DNA from: Candidatus Multivoradales bacterium
GTDB taxonomy: Bacteria > Acidobacteriota > Thermoanaerobaculia > Multivoradales > J023
DNA length: 64,000 nucleotides
Assembly: GCA_965248925.1 (NCBI GenBank)
Contig: CBDFLE010000006.1
Location: 4,416,001-4,480,000 of the forward strand
Reading direction: 5' to 3'
Shown here: in pieces, positions 35,352-44,819 of the stretch
How the letters are laid out: each line of letters begins with the position of its first letter
How positions within the stretch are numbered: the stretch's first letter is position 1
Translations under genes and position numbers: made by a program
The notes under the pieces: model-generated
Seen by the model: the letters and a program-made list of their open reading frames with translations, nothing else
The model's database searches: none
What the model was told of the DNA's origin: nothing

Positions 35352-37448
35352 ATGTTGGAGTTGAAAAAGATGACGTTACTACCCTCGAAGCACGACTGGA
35401 TGGGCTTTGTCGCGGGTTGCCTAGCGCTGGCTGTAATCGCCGGCTGCGCTAACCAGACGACAGTGGAGGCGCCACCATTCGCTGAGATTGAAGATCAGCG
35501 GCAGATGGATTCTCCGCGGTTGGCTCTCGCTCTGACTGCGGCTGACCCAGTTTGGCGGCGGCGCGCGGCGGTGGTGGTGGGCAGGCTTCAGGATCCGACC
35601 CTGGCTGCCGGCCTGGCGGCGGCGGCGTTGGCAGAGGGCGATGATGAGGTCCTGCTAGCCCAGCTCTTTGCTCTCGGTCAGCTCGGATTGGCGCGGGGTG
35701 CAGAGCCACTGCCGGTGGCGGTCGCAGCTTGTTCCACTCGGCTCGCTGCTGAGCAACCGCGGGTGGTGGCGGCAGCGGTGGAAGCTCTGGGCAAGCTGGC
35801 ACCCGAGGGCGCGGCCGATCAGCTACTGCCGTTCTTGGACCATGCGGCGGTTGCTGTGCGGGTGGAAGTCGCCCATGCGCTGATGCGCCAACGTTTCGTA
35901 CCTGTCTGGCGGCGCCAGACCACGGCTCCTCCACCCTTGCCCGCCGCCGCAGTCGAGGGCCTGGCGGCGGCGCTCGATGATCCTTCGGCCGAAGTCCGCT
36001 TCGCCGCGGCTCACGCCCTGGCGCGCTATGGCGAGGCAGCGGCCGCCCCTGCTTTGGCGGCGGCTTTAGGTGATGTCGACGAGCGGGTTCGACTGTTCGC
36101 AGTCCGCGGTTTAGGGCGCACCGGTGAGCACGATCAAGCCGCCGCCCTTGGCACTGTATTGGCTGACTCAAGCGTCGCGGTACGCCGCGAAGCAGTCGTT
36201 GCATCAGCGCTTTTGGCGGCTTTCGGCGGCTTGGGTTCCTTACGCTACGACCCGGCGGTTCAAGTGCGGGTAGAACTCGCCCAGGCGTTGGGTCAGGGGA
36301 GTGCGGCGGCGCAGCTGGCGATCCTACGAGAGCTTGAGCAGGATGGGTCCGAGAGTGTCCAGCGGGCGGCGATCGTCAGCCTGGCGCGGCGCCTGGGAAG
36401 CGCTTACAGTAGTGACCTCCGCGGCCACCTCGGCAGCGACAGCGGATTGCACCGGGTGGCTGCGGCTCGCGCTCTGCAATTTGCCAGCGCTGCGGAAAGT
36501 GAAGACCAGGCGCTTGCCGGCTTGGAAATCGCTCTCGGTGATTCTGACCCGCGGGTGCAAGCGGCGGCGGTGGAGTCGGCGGCGGTGATCGACGGCAGTG
36601 GGCGGTGGCTTGAATGGGCGCTGGCGGCCGACGATCTGGCGGTTCGCGGCACCGCTGTCAATGCACTCGGCTCGCCGACTCTGGCCTCGGCTCTGCTCGA
36701 GCGGCGCGTCAAGTTGCTGGAGCAGGCCTATGAGGGATCCGTGGGCGAGGCGTGGGTTGAGGTCCGCGAATTGATTGTCGATACGTTGAGCGCCGTGGTC
36801 GCGAGCGTGGTGCCTAAAGAAGGGGTACCTGAAGAGCTGGCGTCTAGTGAGACTGCGGGATCGGAAAGCGAGGCGTTGTTGCGTCGCCTGGCCGCCGAGG
36901 ACCCGTCGGCCTCGGTGCGGCTCGCGGCGACCGTTGCGCTGCGGGGGTTGGGGGCCGAGGTAGAGCCGTCCTCGCCGCCGAGGATCGATCCGTCGCCATT
37001 TCTCGGCACTGAATTTGGCGCTTCCTCACCCGTGGTGGTGCTCGAGACCAGCCGGGGCGAGATCGAGATCAGCACCTTGCCGCAAGTGGCTCCGATTCAC
37101 GTCGCCAACTTCTTGGATTTGGTGGAGAAGGGCTACTACGATGGTCTGTTGTGGCATCGGGTGGCGCCCAACTTCGTCATTCAAGGTGGCGACCCACGGG
37201 GTGACGGTTGGGGTGGACCAGGCTATTCGCTGCGCGACGAGATCAGCCGTGAGCGCTTTACCCGCGGCACGGTGGGCATGCCCAAAGCGGGCAAGGACAC
37301 GGGCGGCGGCCAGATCTTCATCACCCATCTGCCGACTCCCCACCTCGACGGCAACTACACGGTCTTCGGTCGTGTGAGCCGGGGTATGGAGGTCGTCGAT
37401 CGAATCGAAGTGGGCGACGCTATTGTCCGCGCGCGGGTGGTGCGATAG
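35352..37448 (+). CDS. HEAT-repeat lipoprotein with C-terminal cyclophilin-type PPIase
   Basis: Lipobox IAGC; repeated D...VR.AA..AL units; YYDGLLWHRVAPNFVIQGGDP, DTGGGQIFI, HLDGNYTVFG. Confidence 0.9.
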   Translation: MLELKKMTLLPSKHDWMGFVAGCLALAVIAGCANQTTVEAPPFAEIEDQRQMDSPRLALALTAADPVWRRRAAVVVGRLQDPTLAAGLAAAALAEGDDEVLLAQLFALGQLGLARGAEPLPVAVAACSTRLAAEQPRVVAAAVEALGKLAPEGAADQLLPFLDHAAVAVRVEVAHALMRQRFVPVWRRQTTAPPPLPAAAVEGLAAALDDPSAEVRFAAAHALARYGEAAAAPALAAALGDVDERVRLFAVRGLGRTGEHDQAAALGTVLADSSVAVRREAVVASALLAAFGGLGSLRYDPAVQVRVELAQALGQGSAAAQLAILRELEQDGSESVQRAAIVSLARRLGSAYSSDLRGHLGSDSGLHRVAAARALQFASAAESEDQALAGLEIALGDSDPRVQAAAVESAAVIDGSGRWLEWALAADDLAVRGTAVNALGSPTLASALLERRVKLLEQAYEGSVGEAWVEVRELIVDTLSAVVASVVPKEGVPEELASSETAGSESEALLRRLAAEDPSASVRLAATVALRGLGAEVEPSSPPRIDPSPFLGTEFGASSPVVVLETSRGEIEISTLPQVAPIHVANFLDLVEKGYYDGLLWHRVAPNFVIQGGDPRGDGWGGPGYSLRDEISRERFTRGTVGMPKAGKDTGGGQIFITHLPTPHLDGNYTVFGRVSRGMEVVDRIEVGDAIVRARVVR

Positions 37449-37469
37449 CCCGTCGCGGCTTGGCGGTAC

Positions 37470-37955
37470 TTAGGAAATTGCACCTTCTTTTCCTAGAAAG
37501 CGCCGCAAGGTGCCGGTTTGGCCGACATGGTAGGCGTCGTGAAAAATCAGGCTGGCGAGCAGTGAGATAACCTTCTCGTCCGGGTCCCCGACGACGCTGA
37601 AGGGGGCGGGAGCGACCAATGCTTCCGGACTGATCGATTGCAAGCCGGCGACCATGCGTCGTTGGGCAGTTTCGAAGTCGGCTTGGATCTTGGCGAAGGA
37701 GAGGGCGTCTTCGCTTGAGGTGATGGGCTCGGAGCCGCCGGCATAGCGCTCCTCCTCGGTCTCCCCCCAGACTTTTTCCTGTCCCAGAATGCCGAGGATG
37801 ACATCGCGCGAGGCAACCATATGTCCGGCCACCCAGTTGAGGCAGTTACCACTCTCCTGGGGCTGCCGCAGGCTTTCTTCCTGATTGATTCCCTCGGTGT
37901 TTCTGGTGAAGCTGACGTGAATGAGAGCCAGCTGACGTAGCAGATGATCGACCAC
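37470..37955 (-). CDS. DinB family protein
   Basis: NCLNWVAGHM and FHDAYHVGQ; GTG start with GGAGG. Confidence 0.85.
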   Translation of the reverse strand: MVDHLLRQLALIHVSFTRNTEGINQEESLRQPQESGNCLNWVAGHMVASRDVILGILGQEKVWGETEEERYAGGSEPITSSEDALSFAKIQADFETAQRRMVAGLQSISPEALVAPAPFSVVGDPDEKVISLLASLIFHDAYHVGQTGTLRRFLGKEGAIS

Positions 37956-38176
37956 GGTGTCCTCCGCGAGAGCGAGTTCGAGCCCTTAGGGGGCAAATTG
38001 TATTGATTTGCTGATAATAGCCGACAGCAGATGTGGAGGGGAGGAATACCGATAGCGACCGATAGCGGCTGCCGAAGAGAGGTAGGCGCTGTTTGAAAGG
38101 GCCCGAAAAGGTGCTGTAGTAAGATCGCAACAGCTTCGCTCGCTGCGAGTCGGAGCTGAATGTCGAGGTTGATACA

Positions 38177-39007
38177 GTGAGTCCATCTGCTCTGTCGGTC
38201 ATTCTCAGCACCTACAACCAGCCAGCGCAGCTCGAGAGGGTGCTGGGGGGTTACTCTCGCCAGAGTTTCCGTTCTTTCGAAGTGGTTGTTGCCGACGACG
38301 GATCTGGCCCGCAAACCACCGAGCTGATCGAACGGCTGGCTGGTGAACTCGACTTCAAGCTGCGGCAGGTGTGGCACGAGGACGATGGTTTTCGCAAATG
38401 CGCCATCCTCAACCGGGCGATCGAGGCCAGCCGCCATCCCTACCTGCTGTTCAGCGATGGCGACTGTATTCCCCGCGATGATTTCCTGGCTCTTCACATG
38501 CGCTTGCGGCAGCCGGGCTGTTTCCTGTCGGGGGGCTACTTCAAGCTGTCGCGAGAGGTTAGCGAGGCGCTCGCCCTGGACGATGTTCTGGCCGGTCGAG
38601 CCACGGATTTGACCTTCCTGCGCGGCCTGGGTCTAGGTCGAAGCTGGCGTTCGCGCAGACTAAGCTTGGCGCCCTGGCAAGCGCGGCTGCTCGACCGTCT
38701 GACCCCCACCAAAGCGACCTGGAATGGCCATAACGCCTCTGGTTGGCGCAGCGATATCGAACGGGCTGGGGGGTTCGACGAACGCATGCGTTACGGCGGT
38801 GAAGATCGCGAGCTGGGTGAGCGAATGGTCAATGCCGGCCTGCGGCCGATGCAGATTCGTCATCGGGCGATCTGCGTGCATCTGTGGCACGAACGGGGTT
38901 ATGTGCGGCAGGAGCACTTGCAGGCCAATCGCGAGATTCGTCGTCGGACGGTGAGCGAAGGAGTGCGGGTTACCCGCCACGGCATGGCGGTTCCCGGTTC
39001 CGAGTGA
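38177..39007 (+). CDS. Glycosyltransferase family 2
   Basis: SVILSTYN, VADDGS, FSDGDC, GGFDE...GGED, HLWH. Confidence 0.93.
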   Translation: MSPSALSVILSTYNQPAQLERVLGGYSRQSFRSFEVVVADDGSGPQTTELIERLAGELDFKLRQVWHEDDGFRKCAILNRAIEASRHPYLLFSDGDCIPRDDFLALHMRLRQPGCFLSGGYFKLSREVSEALALDDVLAGRATDLTFLRGLGLGRSWRSRRLSLAPWQARLLDRLTPTKATWNGHNASGWRSDIERAGGFDERMRYGGEDRELGERMVNAGLRPMQIRHRAICVHLWHERGYVRQEHLQANREIRRRTVSEGVRVTRHGMAVPGSE

Positions 39008-39109
39008 GCTTCTGGTCATCAAGGATAGACGAATTCTATAATCAAGCTCCCCCATCCTCGTGTGGCGGCGATCTGAGTTCGCCGCGCCGCGCCTAGTTCT
39101 GGTGCCCTG

Positions 39110-40516
39110 CTAGGGCTGCTGGCAAACGTCTATATTGGGTGAGAAGCCGAATTGCGCGCCGATGTCGAAGACACAGACCAAGCCGTCCAGGCATTCCCCT
39201 GCGTCGCAGTCGCCCTCGCCGATAGCGCACGGGCCGCAGTCAGTGCAGAAGCGAGGATGACCGGCTGGCCAAGGGCAATCGCGCTCGATTTCGACCTCTT
39301 GGCAGACATCGATATTGGGTGAGAAGCCGAATTGGGCGCCGATGTTGTTGGCGCAGAAGAGGCCGGGTCCACATTCACTATCGCCATCGCAGTCCCCTTG
39401 ACCCACGCCGCAGGGCCCGCATTCCGGATCACGGCAAAAGGCTGGGTGGCCGAGATCGAGGCGGCAACCAGGAAGTGGGGGTAAATCCTTGGGGTCGGTT
39501 GGAACTGTCGCGCGGTCGACCAAGACGAAGTGGCCCGGACCGGTGGGTTCGAAGAATATCTGCTGCGGATCCGGGAAGGTGATCAGGTTAAAGTTGCGTG
39601 CTTTATCGCCCGCCATGGTGTACATCACATTGAGTTGTAGGGGGCGGTCGGTATCCGGCATATTGCGCAACATGACCGACTCCATGGCGGTCATGGCGTT
39701 GCAGATCCACCATTCCTGAGTATTGTAGCGGCTGCTGCCGCTCTGGTTGAAATTGGTTTCGGTAATCGCCACCACTTTGCCGCGAGCCAGCGCTTTGTAG
39801 TCTTCCGCCAAGTCTCGGGCGTCGCCGGTGCGTTGGCGATAGATGTGGGCGCCGAGCACGTCCACCAGACCCAGGCCACCGGCTTCGACCATCCGCTGGG
39901 TCTCTTGGAATCCTTCCTGGTTGCCGAACCAACCGGCGGAGTAGATCCAGATGCGGTCGGCTGCCGAGCGGCTCTGATTGAGTTCATCCACCACCCTCCG
40001 GGCTACCGGCAGGTAGGCGGCGACGTACTCTTCCGGGCTCATATCGCTGAAATTGCCCGGCTCGTTCATGAATTGGATGCGCCGCACCTCCGGGTGAGTG
40101 CTGAACAGGCTGCGCAACTTGCGCTCCATGTCTTGCGGTCTCGGTTTGGAGAACGGACCGTCGTCGACGCCGTCGTCGACCAGCACCAGCAATTTGTCCG
40201 GGCCGAGAATTCTCAATACTCCGCGCAGCAGCGGGTCGTCGTTGTTGACGGTGTAGAACGAGTTGTTGCCGGCGACTGCGTTGGGGCGACCGACGGGATT
40301 GATCCGAATACCACTGAGGCCATTACGGATCAGCTCCAGGTAGGGCAGGAACTGCTCGCCGCACTGGGTGCCGCAGTTCTGCACGTTGAGCCAGAGACTC
40401 CGCGGGCCGCGGCCCTCGTTATAAGGCGTCTGGCAGGGCTGGGCGGTGAGTTGCGCTATGGGCAGCAGGAAGAGCAGGAACGACAAGACTATGGGAGAAA
40501 GATGTCGGTGGGTCAT
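39110..40516 (-). CDS. Secreted GH clan A-like protein with two C-terminal Cys-rich modules
   Basis: Signal peptide; QFMNEP (acid/base-like), DVLGAHIY, VAITETN (nucleophile-like); two C..G(Q/E)GDCD...C..GL.C...IGAQFGFSPNIDVCQ units. Confidence 0.65.
   Translation of the reverse strand: MTHRHLSPIVLSFLLFLLPIAQLTAQPCQTPYNEGRGPRSLWLNVQNCGTQCGEQFLPYLELIRNGLSGIRINPVGRPNAVAGNNSFYTVNNDDPLLRGVLRILGPDKLLVLVDDGVDDGPFSKPRPQDMERKLRSLFSTHPEVRRIQFMNEPGNFSDMSPEEYVAAYLPVARRVVDELNQSRSAADRIWIYSAGWFGNQEGFQETQRMVEAGGLGLVDVLGAHIYRQRTGDARDLAEDYKALARGKVVAITETNFNQSGSSRYNTQEWWICNAMTAMESVMLRNMPDTDRPLQLNVMYTMAGDKARNFNLITFPDPQQIFFEPTGPGHFVLVDRATVPTDPKDLPPLPGCRLDLGHPAFCRDPECGPCGVGQGDCDGDSECGPGLFCANNIGAQFGFSPNIDVCQEVEIERDCPWPAGHPRFCTDCGPCAIGEGDCDAGECLDGLVCVFDIGAQFGFSPNIDVCQQP
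39119..39466 (-). repeat. Intragenic duplication of a Cys-rich module (180-bp offset)
   Basis: ATATTGGGTGAGAAGCCGAATTG(C/G)GCGCCGATGT at 39132 and 39312. Confidence 0.9.
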
Positions 40517-40559
40517 GGCTGAGCTTCCTTGGTGGTTCATGAGTCGGCTGGGCGGTGAT

Positions 40560-41870
40560 TCAGCGGCGGGCGGTCAGTAAGATGCGGCCATAACCTTCGG
40601 AGTTGATCGCGCCCACATGGGCATCTAAGTTGAAGCGGCCGGCAAGCGGTCGGCGGGCGTAGAGGAAGGGACCGATCTCCTCCTCCTGGAAGCGATCGCG
40701 GCCGATTTCTTCGGCCCGCACGCCGATGCCGTACTCAAGTTCATCGCGGCGCAAGAAGACAGCCAGGCGAGCCGTTTTCTGGAAGTCGGCGGCATCGTCT
40801 TCCAGCATCATCCAGCCTCCCCATTCGCCGCCGCTGCCGCTGAGTCGCGAGACGGTCAAGCCAGCGCCGGCGGTGGAGTAGTCGTCGAGCAACTCGGAGA
40901 GGGTTTCATTTTCGCCCTCGGCATAGGTTCCGAGGCCGAAGTTCCAGTTGCCAAAACGCTGCCGGAAGTCGATCAAGACTCGGCTTCGCTCGAGTGAGGT
41001 GGGGCCTATATCGAGTTGATTGATCTGCACCTCGGCGTCGATTCGGGTGGACTCTCCCCGCAGCCGGTATTCGCCGCCGTAGCCGGTCAAATCCTCAGCC
41101 CTATCAATGCCGCGCAGCTGTTGTTCGCCGGACTTGAAGAAGGCCCGCCAACTGTGGCGCTGGCCGTCTTTGCCGATGCTGACGCCGGTGAAATCCTGCA
41201 ACCTGTTCTCGTCGATGTAGCGATCGGCCAGGGTCTCGGCGCCGACGATGCGCGAGCGGGGCAGACGCTCTAGCAGCTGGTCGGTGTCGCGGGTCATGTC
41301 GAAAGTGCCCCGGTCGGCAGCGAAGACAGTGGCGTGCCAGCCGCCGGGAAGTCGCCATTCGACTTGGCCGAAGAGTTGTTGGTCGTCTCCGCCAACGCGA
41401 AAGCCCTCGGCGGTGAGGTCGGCACTCCCGGCGGTGACCTCGGCGCTCAGCTCGCCGCCGGCAAAGTCTGAGATGGTCCAGCCGAGGCTGACCAGCCGAT
41501 CGTCGTCGCCCTGGTTGCGGTCGGTAGAACGCACCACCACTTGCAGCCGCTGACGGTCGGTGGAATAAGTCGCGGCCAGACCTAGCTGGTTGCGGTCGTC
41601 GCGAAAGGCTGGCCCGAGGTTGGCGTAGAGGCCCTGGATCAGCCAGTGCCCGCCGCGCCAGCCGACCAGCAGCCGATCCTCCTTATCGCGGACGATGTGG
41701 GAGGAGCGCTCGGCGTCGATGCTCCACACCGGTGGGGTGTTGTCTTCACCGGGTTCGGCGGCGGTGTCACCGCTTTGGGCGGCTAGGCTCGATGGTAAGG
41801 CGAGCAGCAGTATCATGGCGACGAAGCGCCGGACCTGGGTCGAGAAGGCGACGAGGGTATCTTGTTGCAT
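40560..41870 (-). CDS. Putative outer-membrane beta-barrel protein of unknown family
   Basis: Signal peptide ending SLAA; many alternating amphipathic strands with aromatic ends (LFGQVEW, YGGEYRL, WNFGLGTY, YGIGV). Confidence 0.6.
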   Translation of the reverse strand: MQQDTLVAFSTQVRRFVAMILLLALPSSLAAQSGDTAAEPGEDNTPPVWSIDAERSSHIVRDKEDRLLVGWRGGHWLIQGLYANLGPAFRDDRNQLGLAATYSTDRQRLQVVVRSTDRNQGDDDRLVSLGWTISDFAGGELSAEVTAGSADLTAEGFRVGGDDQQLFGQVEWRLPGGWHATVFAADRGTFDMTRDTDQLLERLPRSRIVGAETLADRYIDENRLQDFTGVSIGKDGQRHSWRAFFKSGEQQLRGIDRAEDLTGYGGEYRLRGESTRIDAEVQINQLDIGPTSLERSRVLIDFRQRFGNWNFGLGTYAEGENETLSELLDDYSTAGAGLTVSRLSGSGGEWGGWMMLEDDAADFQKTARLAVFLRRDELEYGIGVRAEEIGRDRFQEEEIGPFLYARRPLAGRFNLDAHVGAINSEGYGRILLTARR

Positions 41871-41949
41871 GGATTCCGAAATGTACCTCTGCCTGACGGT
41901 CAATGATGAAGAGCTTCTAACTTCGGTCTGTTTTACCCAGAGCTGTTGC

Positions 41950-43350
41950 TCAAAATCGATCCGCCGAGCGCACTTCTTCGAGCAGCGCGTTGCACCAGTT
42001 GTATGGATAGCTACAGCGGCCGGACGGGTCGGGAGCAGTGTGATCGATACCGCCGGCCTCGAACCACTCGCCAGCATTTGACACTACGATCAGAGTCTGC
42101 AGCGGCGTTTCTCCTTCGATAATCGGCCGCCAGGTGTTGTTGTAGCCGGAGCGCAGCATGCGCCGCCAGTCGGCGATTCCGCGCAGGTTGTAGATCACTT
42201 CGATATCGCGGGTCGTGCAACCCGGTAGGTCCGCTCGCCGGGTATCGATCTGGCTGGTGACGCCGGGCCAGATCATCAATGGCTGGCGATTGGCGATCAG
42301 CTCGCGGCGGGTCTGGCGATAGCGTTGATGAATGCGTTGCGCCCACTGCTGCATTGGCGGCTGGCTGCCATCGTTGGAGATCCTGAAGCCCCTGGCGCGG
42401 AAGTTGTCGAAAAAGCTGTACCAGGTCAGTGCCACCGCATTCTGGCCGAACACTTCGACAATGTCCGGGTCATAGGAGGCATTGACGTTGTTCTCGGTGC
42501 GGGTGCCCCAGAAGATCATGTCGAGCATGAAGGCGGGGCGGCCGATGCCAAGGCCGCGGTAGGTGGCGGTGAGTTCTTCAAGCCAGGCCCGCAAAGCATC
42601 GGCGTTGCGGGGCCGGTCGGCGAACTCGCGCGCGATGTAGATACCCAAAATCGGCCGTGGAAGGCCGACTTCATCAAGCACTCTGTGTCCATTGGCATCT
42701 TCGAGAAAGGCGTAGCCACCTGCCCCTTGGGTGTTCATGTAGGGCGAGATCAAGGTCTCGGCAATGTCGCGAAAATCGCGCCGTAGTTGTTCGGCGAAAG
42801 CGCTATCGCGGGCCAAGTCGAAGTTGATCACCCGGCGTTGACCGGCGTTGATGGCGCAGGGAGGGAAAGGGCACAGCACCAACTTGGACTCGCGCGCGGT
42901 GGTGACGAAGAGATCGTAGTAGGCGAAGAATTCGATCCGCGCTTCGACAGCTTGTCCGGCCAGCACTTCAAGGTTGGATCCTTCGAAAGAGTCCGGTAAT
43001 CGGTCGGTGACCAGAAAGGCCACTCCATCGACGCCGTGAGCGCGCAGGCGGTCGTATTTTCGTCCGTAGTAGCCGCCGCTCGACAGATAGTCCGAGCTGG
43101 TTAGTTCTCCTTGCGCCGCCCTCGGCTTGGCGCGAGTGCAGGCCAAACCACGTTGGCTGAGACGTCCTCGGGAGTCGCGGTTGGGGGTGTACCAGGAGAA
43201 ATCGGTGACGAAAAGTTTCGGCCGCCGGTCGAGCTGAATAGTGAGTTCGGAATCCTGGGCCTGGGCCGTCGTGGCACCAAGGGCCGCGGTTAGGGCCAGC
43301 GCCAGCAAGGCGGGGATCCAGAATGGGCGGTGGGTCCGCTGATCGGTCAT
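41950..43350 (-). CDS. Secreted GH99/GH71-like glycoside hydrolase
   Basis: Signal peptide ending AQA; FSWY, RAHGVDGVAF, RPILGIY, WPGVTSQIDTR, VSNAGEWFEAGGID (EWxE motif). Confidence 0.6.
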   Translation of the reverse strand: MTDQRTHRPFWIPALLALALTAALGATTAQAQDSELTIQLDRRPKLFVTDFSWYTPNRDSRGRLSQRGLACTRAKPRAAQGELTSSDYLSSGGYYGRKYDRLRAHGVDGVAFLVTDRLPDSFEGSNLEVLAGQAVEARIEFFAYYDLFVTTARESKLVLCPFPPCAINAGQRRVINFDLARDSAFAEQLRRDFRDIAETLISPYMNTQGAGGYAFLEDANGHRVLDEVGLPRPILGIYIAREFADRPRNADALRAWLEELTATYRGLGIGRPAFMLDMIFWGTRTENNVNASYDPDIVEVFGQNAVALTWYSFFDNFRARGFRISNDGSQPPMQQWAQRIHQRYRQTRRELIANRQPLMIWPGVTSQIDTRRADLPGCTTRDIEVIYNLRGIADWRRMLRSGYNNTWRPIIEGETPLQTLIVVSNAGEWFEAGGIDHTAPDPSGRCSYPYNWCNALLEEVRSADRF

Positions 43351-43419
43351 TGCGAGCTCTCCTGAAAACTTCGAAGCCTCCCAATCCCAACGCTAGCCTG
43401 TCGACCAACCCACAACCCC

Positions 43420-43435
43420 GCACTCCAGGCGCCAG
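43420..43435 (-). promoter_or_regulatory. Possible sigma54 promoter for the glycan locus
   Basis: Minus strand CTGGCGCCTGGAGTGC with GG-N10-GC spacing, about 70 bp upstream of ATG at 43350. Confidence 0.3.
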
Positions 43436-43535
43436 ACCCAACTCTGCTCGGTAGTCTCCGATCAAGTCCCTTGAGAACCAGCGGTCCCCAGGGCAAAGAT
43501 CCTTAGAAAATGGCGGGAATCAAAGGAAATCGCCT

Positions 43536-44603
43536 TCAGCATATCATATTCCGCCCAGGATGGGCCGATTCTCGGGGCTTCACCGGCTCCACCGCGGTCG
43601 GGCGTTCATCGAGAATCTGGTCCGGAATTCCGCCCATCGCCGCTTCGAGAACCTCTGGCCCGGCACCTGGGCGATGGGCGTTGCCGCTGAGAAAGCGCTT
43701 CCAATAGCTCGTTCCAGGGCGACCGGCGAACAGGCCGAGGAAGTGGCGGCTCAGCCGCAGTAGTGGGGTCCCAGCGCGGCAGTGAGTCTCGACATACGGC
43801 AATAGAGCCTCGACTATCTGGCGGCGGCTGGAGCGAGGCAGATGGCTGCCAAAGACCCGCTGGTCGGCATCGGCGAAGAGATAGGGGCGGTCATAAGCGG
43901 CGCGGCCGATCATCACCGCATCGACCTGGCGCAGATGCTCGGTGGTTTCGTCGAGGCTGCCGACGCCGCCGTTGATCTCCACCGCTAATTCGGGGCGCTG
44001 CTGCTTGAGGCGGTAGACGTCGGCATAGCGTAGGGGTGGGACTTCGCGATTCTGTTTAGGGCTCAGACCCGACAACCAGGCCTTCCTGGCGTGTACGGTG
44101 AAGCGGTCGCAGCCAGCGGTGGCCACCGTATCGACAAAGTGCAGCAGATCTTCAAAGCTGTCGCGGTTGTCGATGCCGATACGGTGTTTGACCGTCACCG
44201 GCAGCTCAACCGCCTGGCGCATCGCTGCCACCGCCCGCGCCACCCGCTCAGGCTCGGCCATCAAGCAAGCGCCGAAACGTCCTTGCTGGACCCGGTCGCT
44301 GGGGCAGCCGACATTAAGATTGATCTCGTCATAGCCATACTCAGCGGCGAGGCGGGCACACGTGGCCAGCTCCTCAGGGTCGTCGCCCCCGAGTTGCAAA
44401 GCGAGCGGCCGTTCGCGTGGGTCGAAAGCCAGCAGTCGTTCGCGGTCGCCATAGAGCAGCGCGCCGGTGGTGATCATCTCGGTGTAGAGCAGAGTGTGCT
44501 GGCTGATCAGGCGTAAGAAAAAGCGAAAATGCCGGTCGGTACGGTTCATCATCGGCGCCGCCGACAGCGGCCGGGGGACTCGCTGGTGGCGACTGTTAGT
44601 CAT
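43536..44603 (-). CDS. dusA: tRNA dihydrouridine(20/20a) synthase
   Basis: LSAAPMM.RTDRHFR, LALQLGG, NLNVGCPSDRVQ, VHARKAWLSGLSPKQNR, VMIGRAAY. Confidence 0.95.
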   Translation of the reverse strand: MTNSRHQRVPRPLSAAPMMNRTDRHFRFFLRLISQHTLLYTEMITTGALLYGDRERLLAFDPRERPLALQLGGDDPEELATCARLAAEYGYDEINLNVGCPSDRVQQGRFGACLMAEPERVARAVAAMRQAVELPVTVKHRIGIDNRDSFEDLLHFVDTVATAGCDRFTVHARKAWLSGLSPKQNREVPPLRYADVYRLKQQRPELAVEINGGVGSLDETTEHLRQVDAVMIGRAAYDRPYLFADADQRVFGSHLPRSSRRQIVEALLPYVETHCRAGTPLLRLSRHFLGLFAGRPGTSYWKRFLSGNAHRPGAGPEVLEAAMGGIPDQILDERPTAVEPVKPRESAHPGRNMIC

Positions 44604-44819
44604 GCTGGGTGTAGGGTGGGTTGGACATCTTGAAGCACCGAGATCTGGATCCAGACGGCCTTCCGCCGTCCTAGTGGCGAGACGGCTCGTGAGAATACTA
44701 CCGGCCACGCATTGCCATGCGCCTAGCGCGCAAACGGCCGCCCTTGTAAGGCGGCCGTTTGCGGCATCCAACGTGGCAAGGCACTTGTCGCCGTCGGATC
44801 TGCTCTAGATAAGGCTGAG

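Noticed and set aside
41871-42077. Upstream extension of the beta-barrel ORF
   Set aside because: Overlaps the GH99-like gene; the signal peptide fits a start near 41870.
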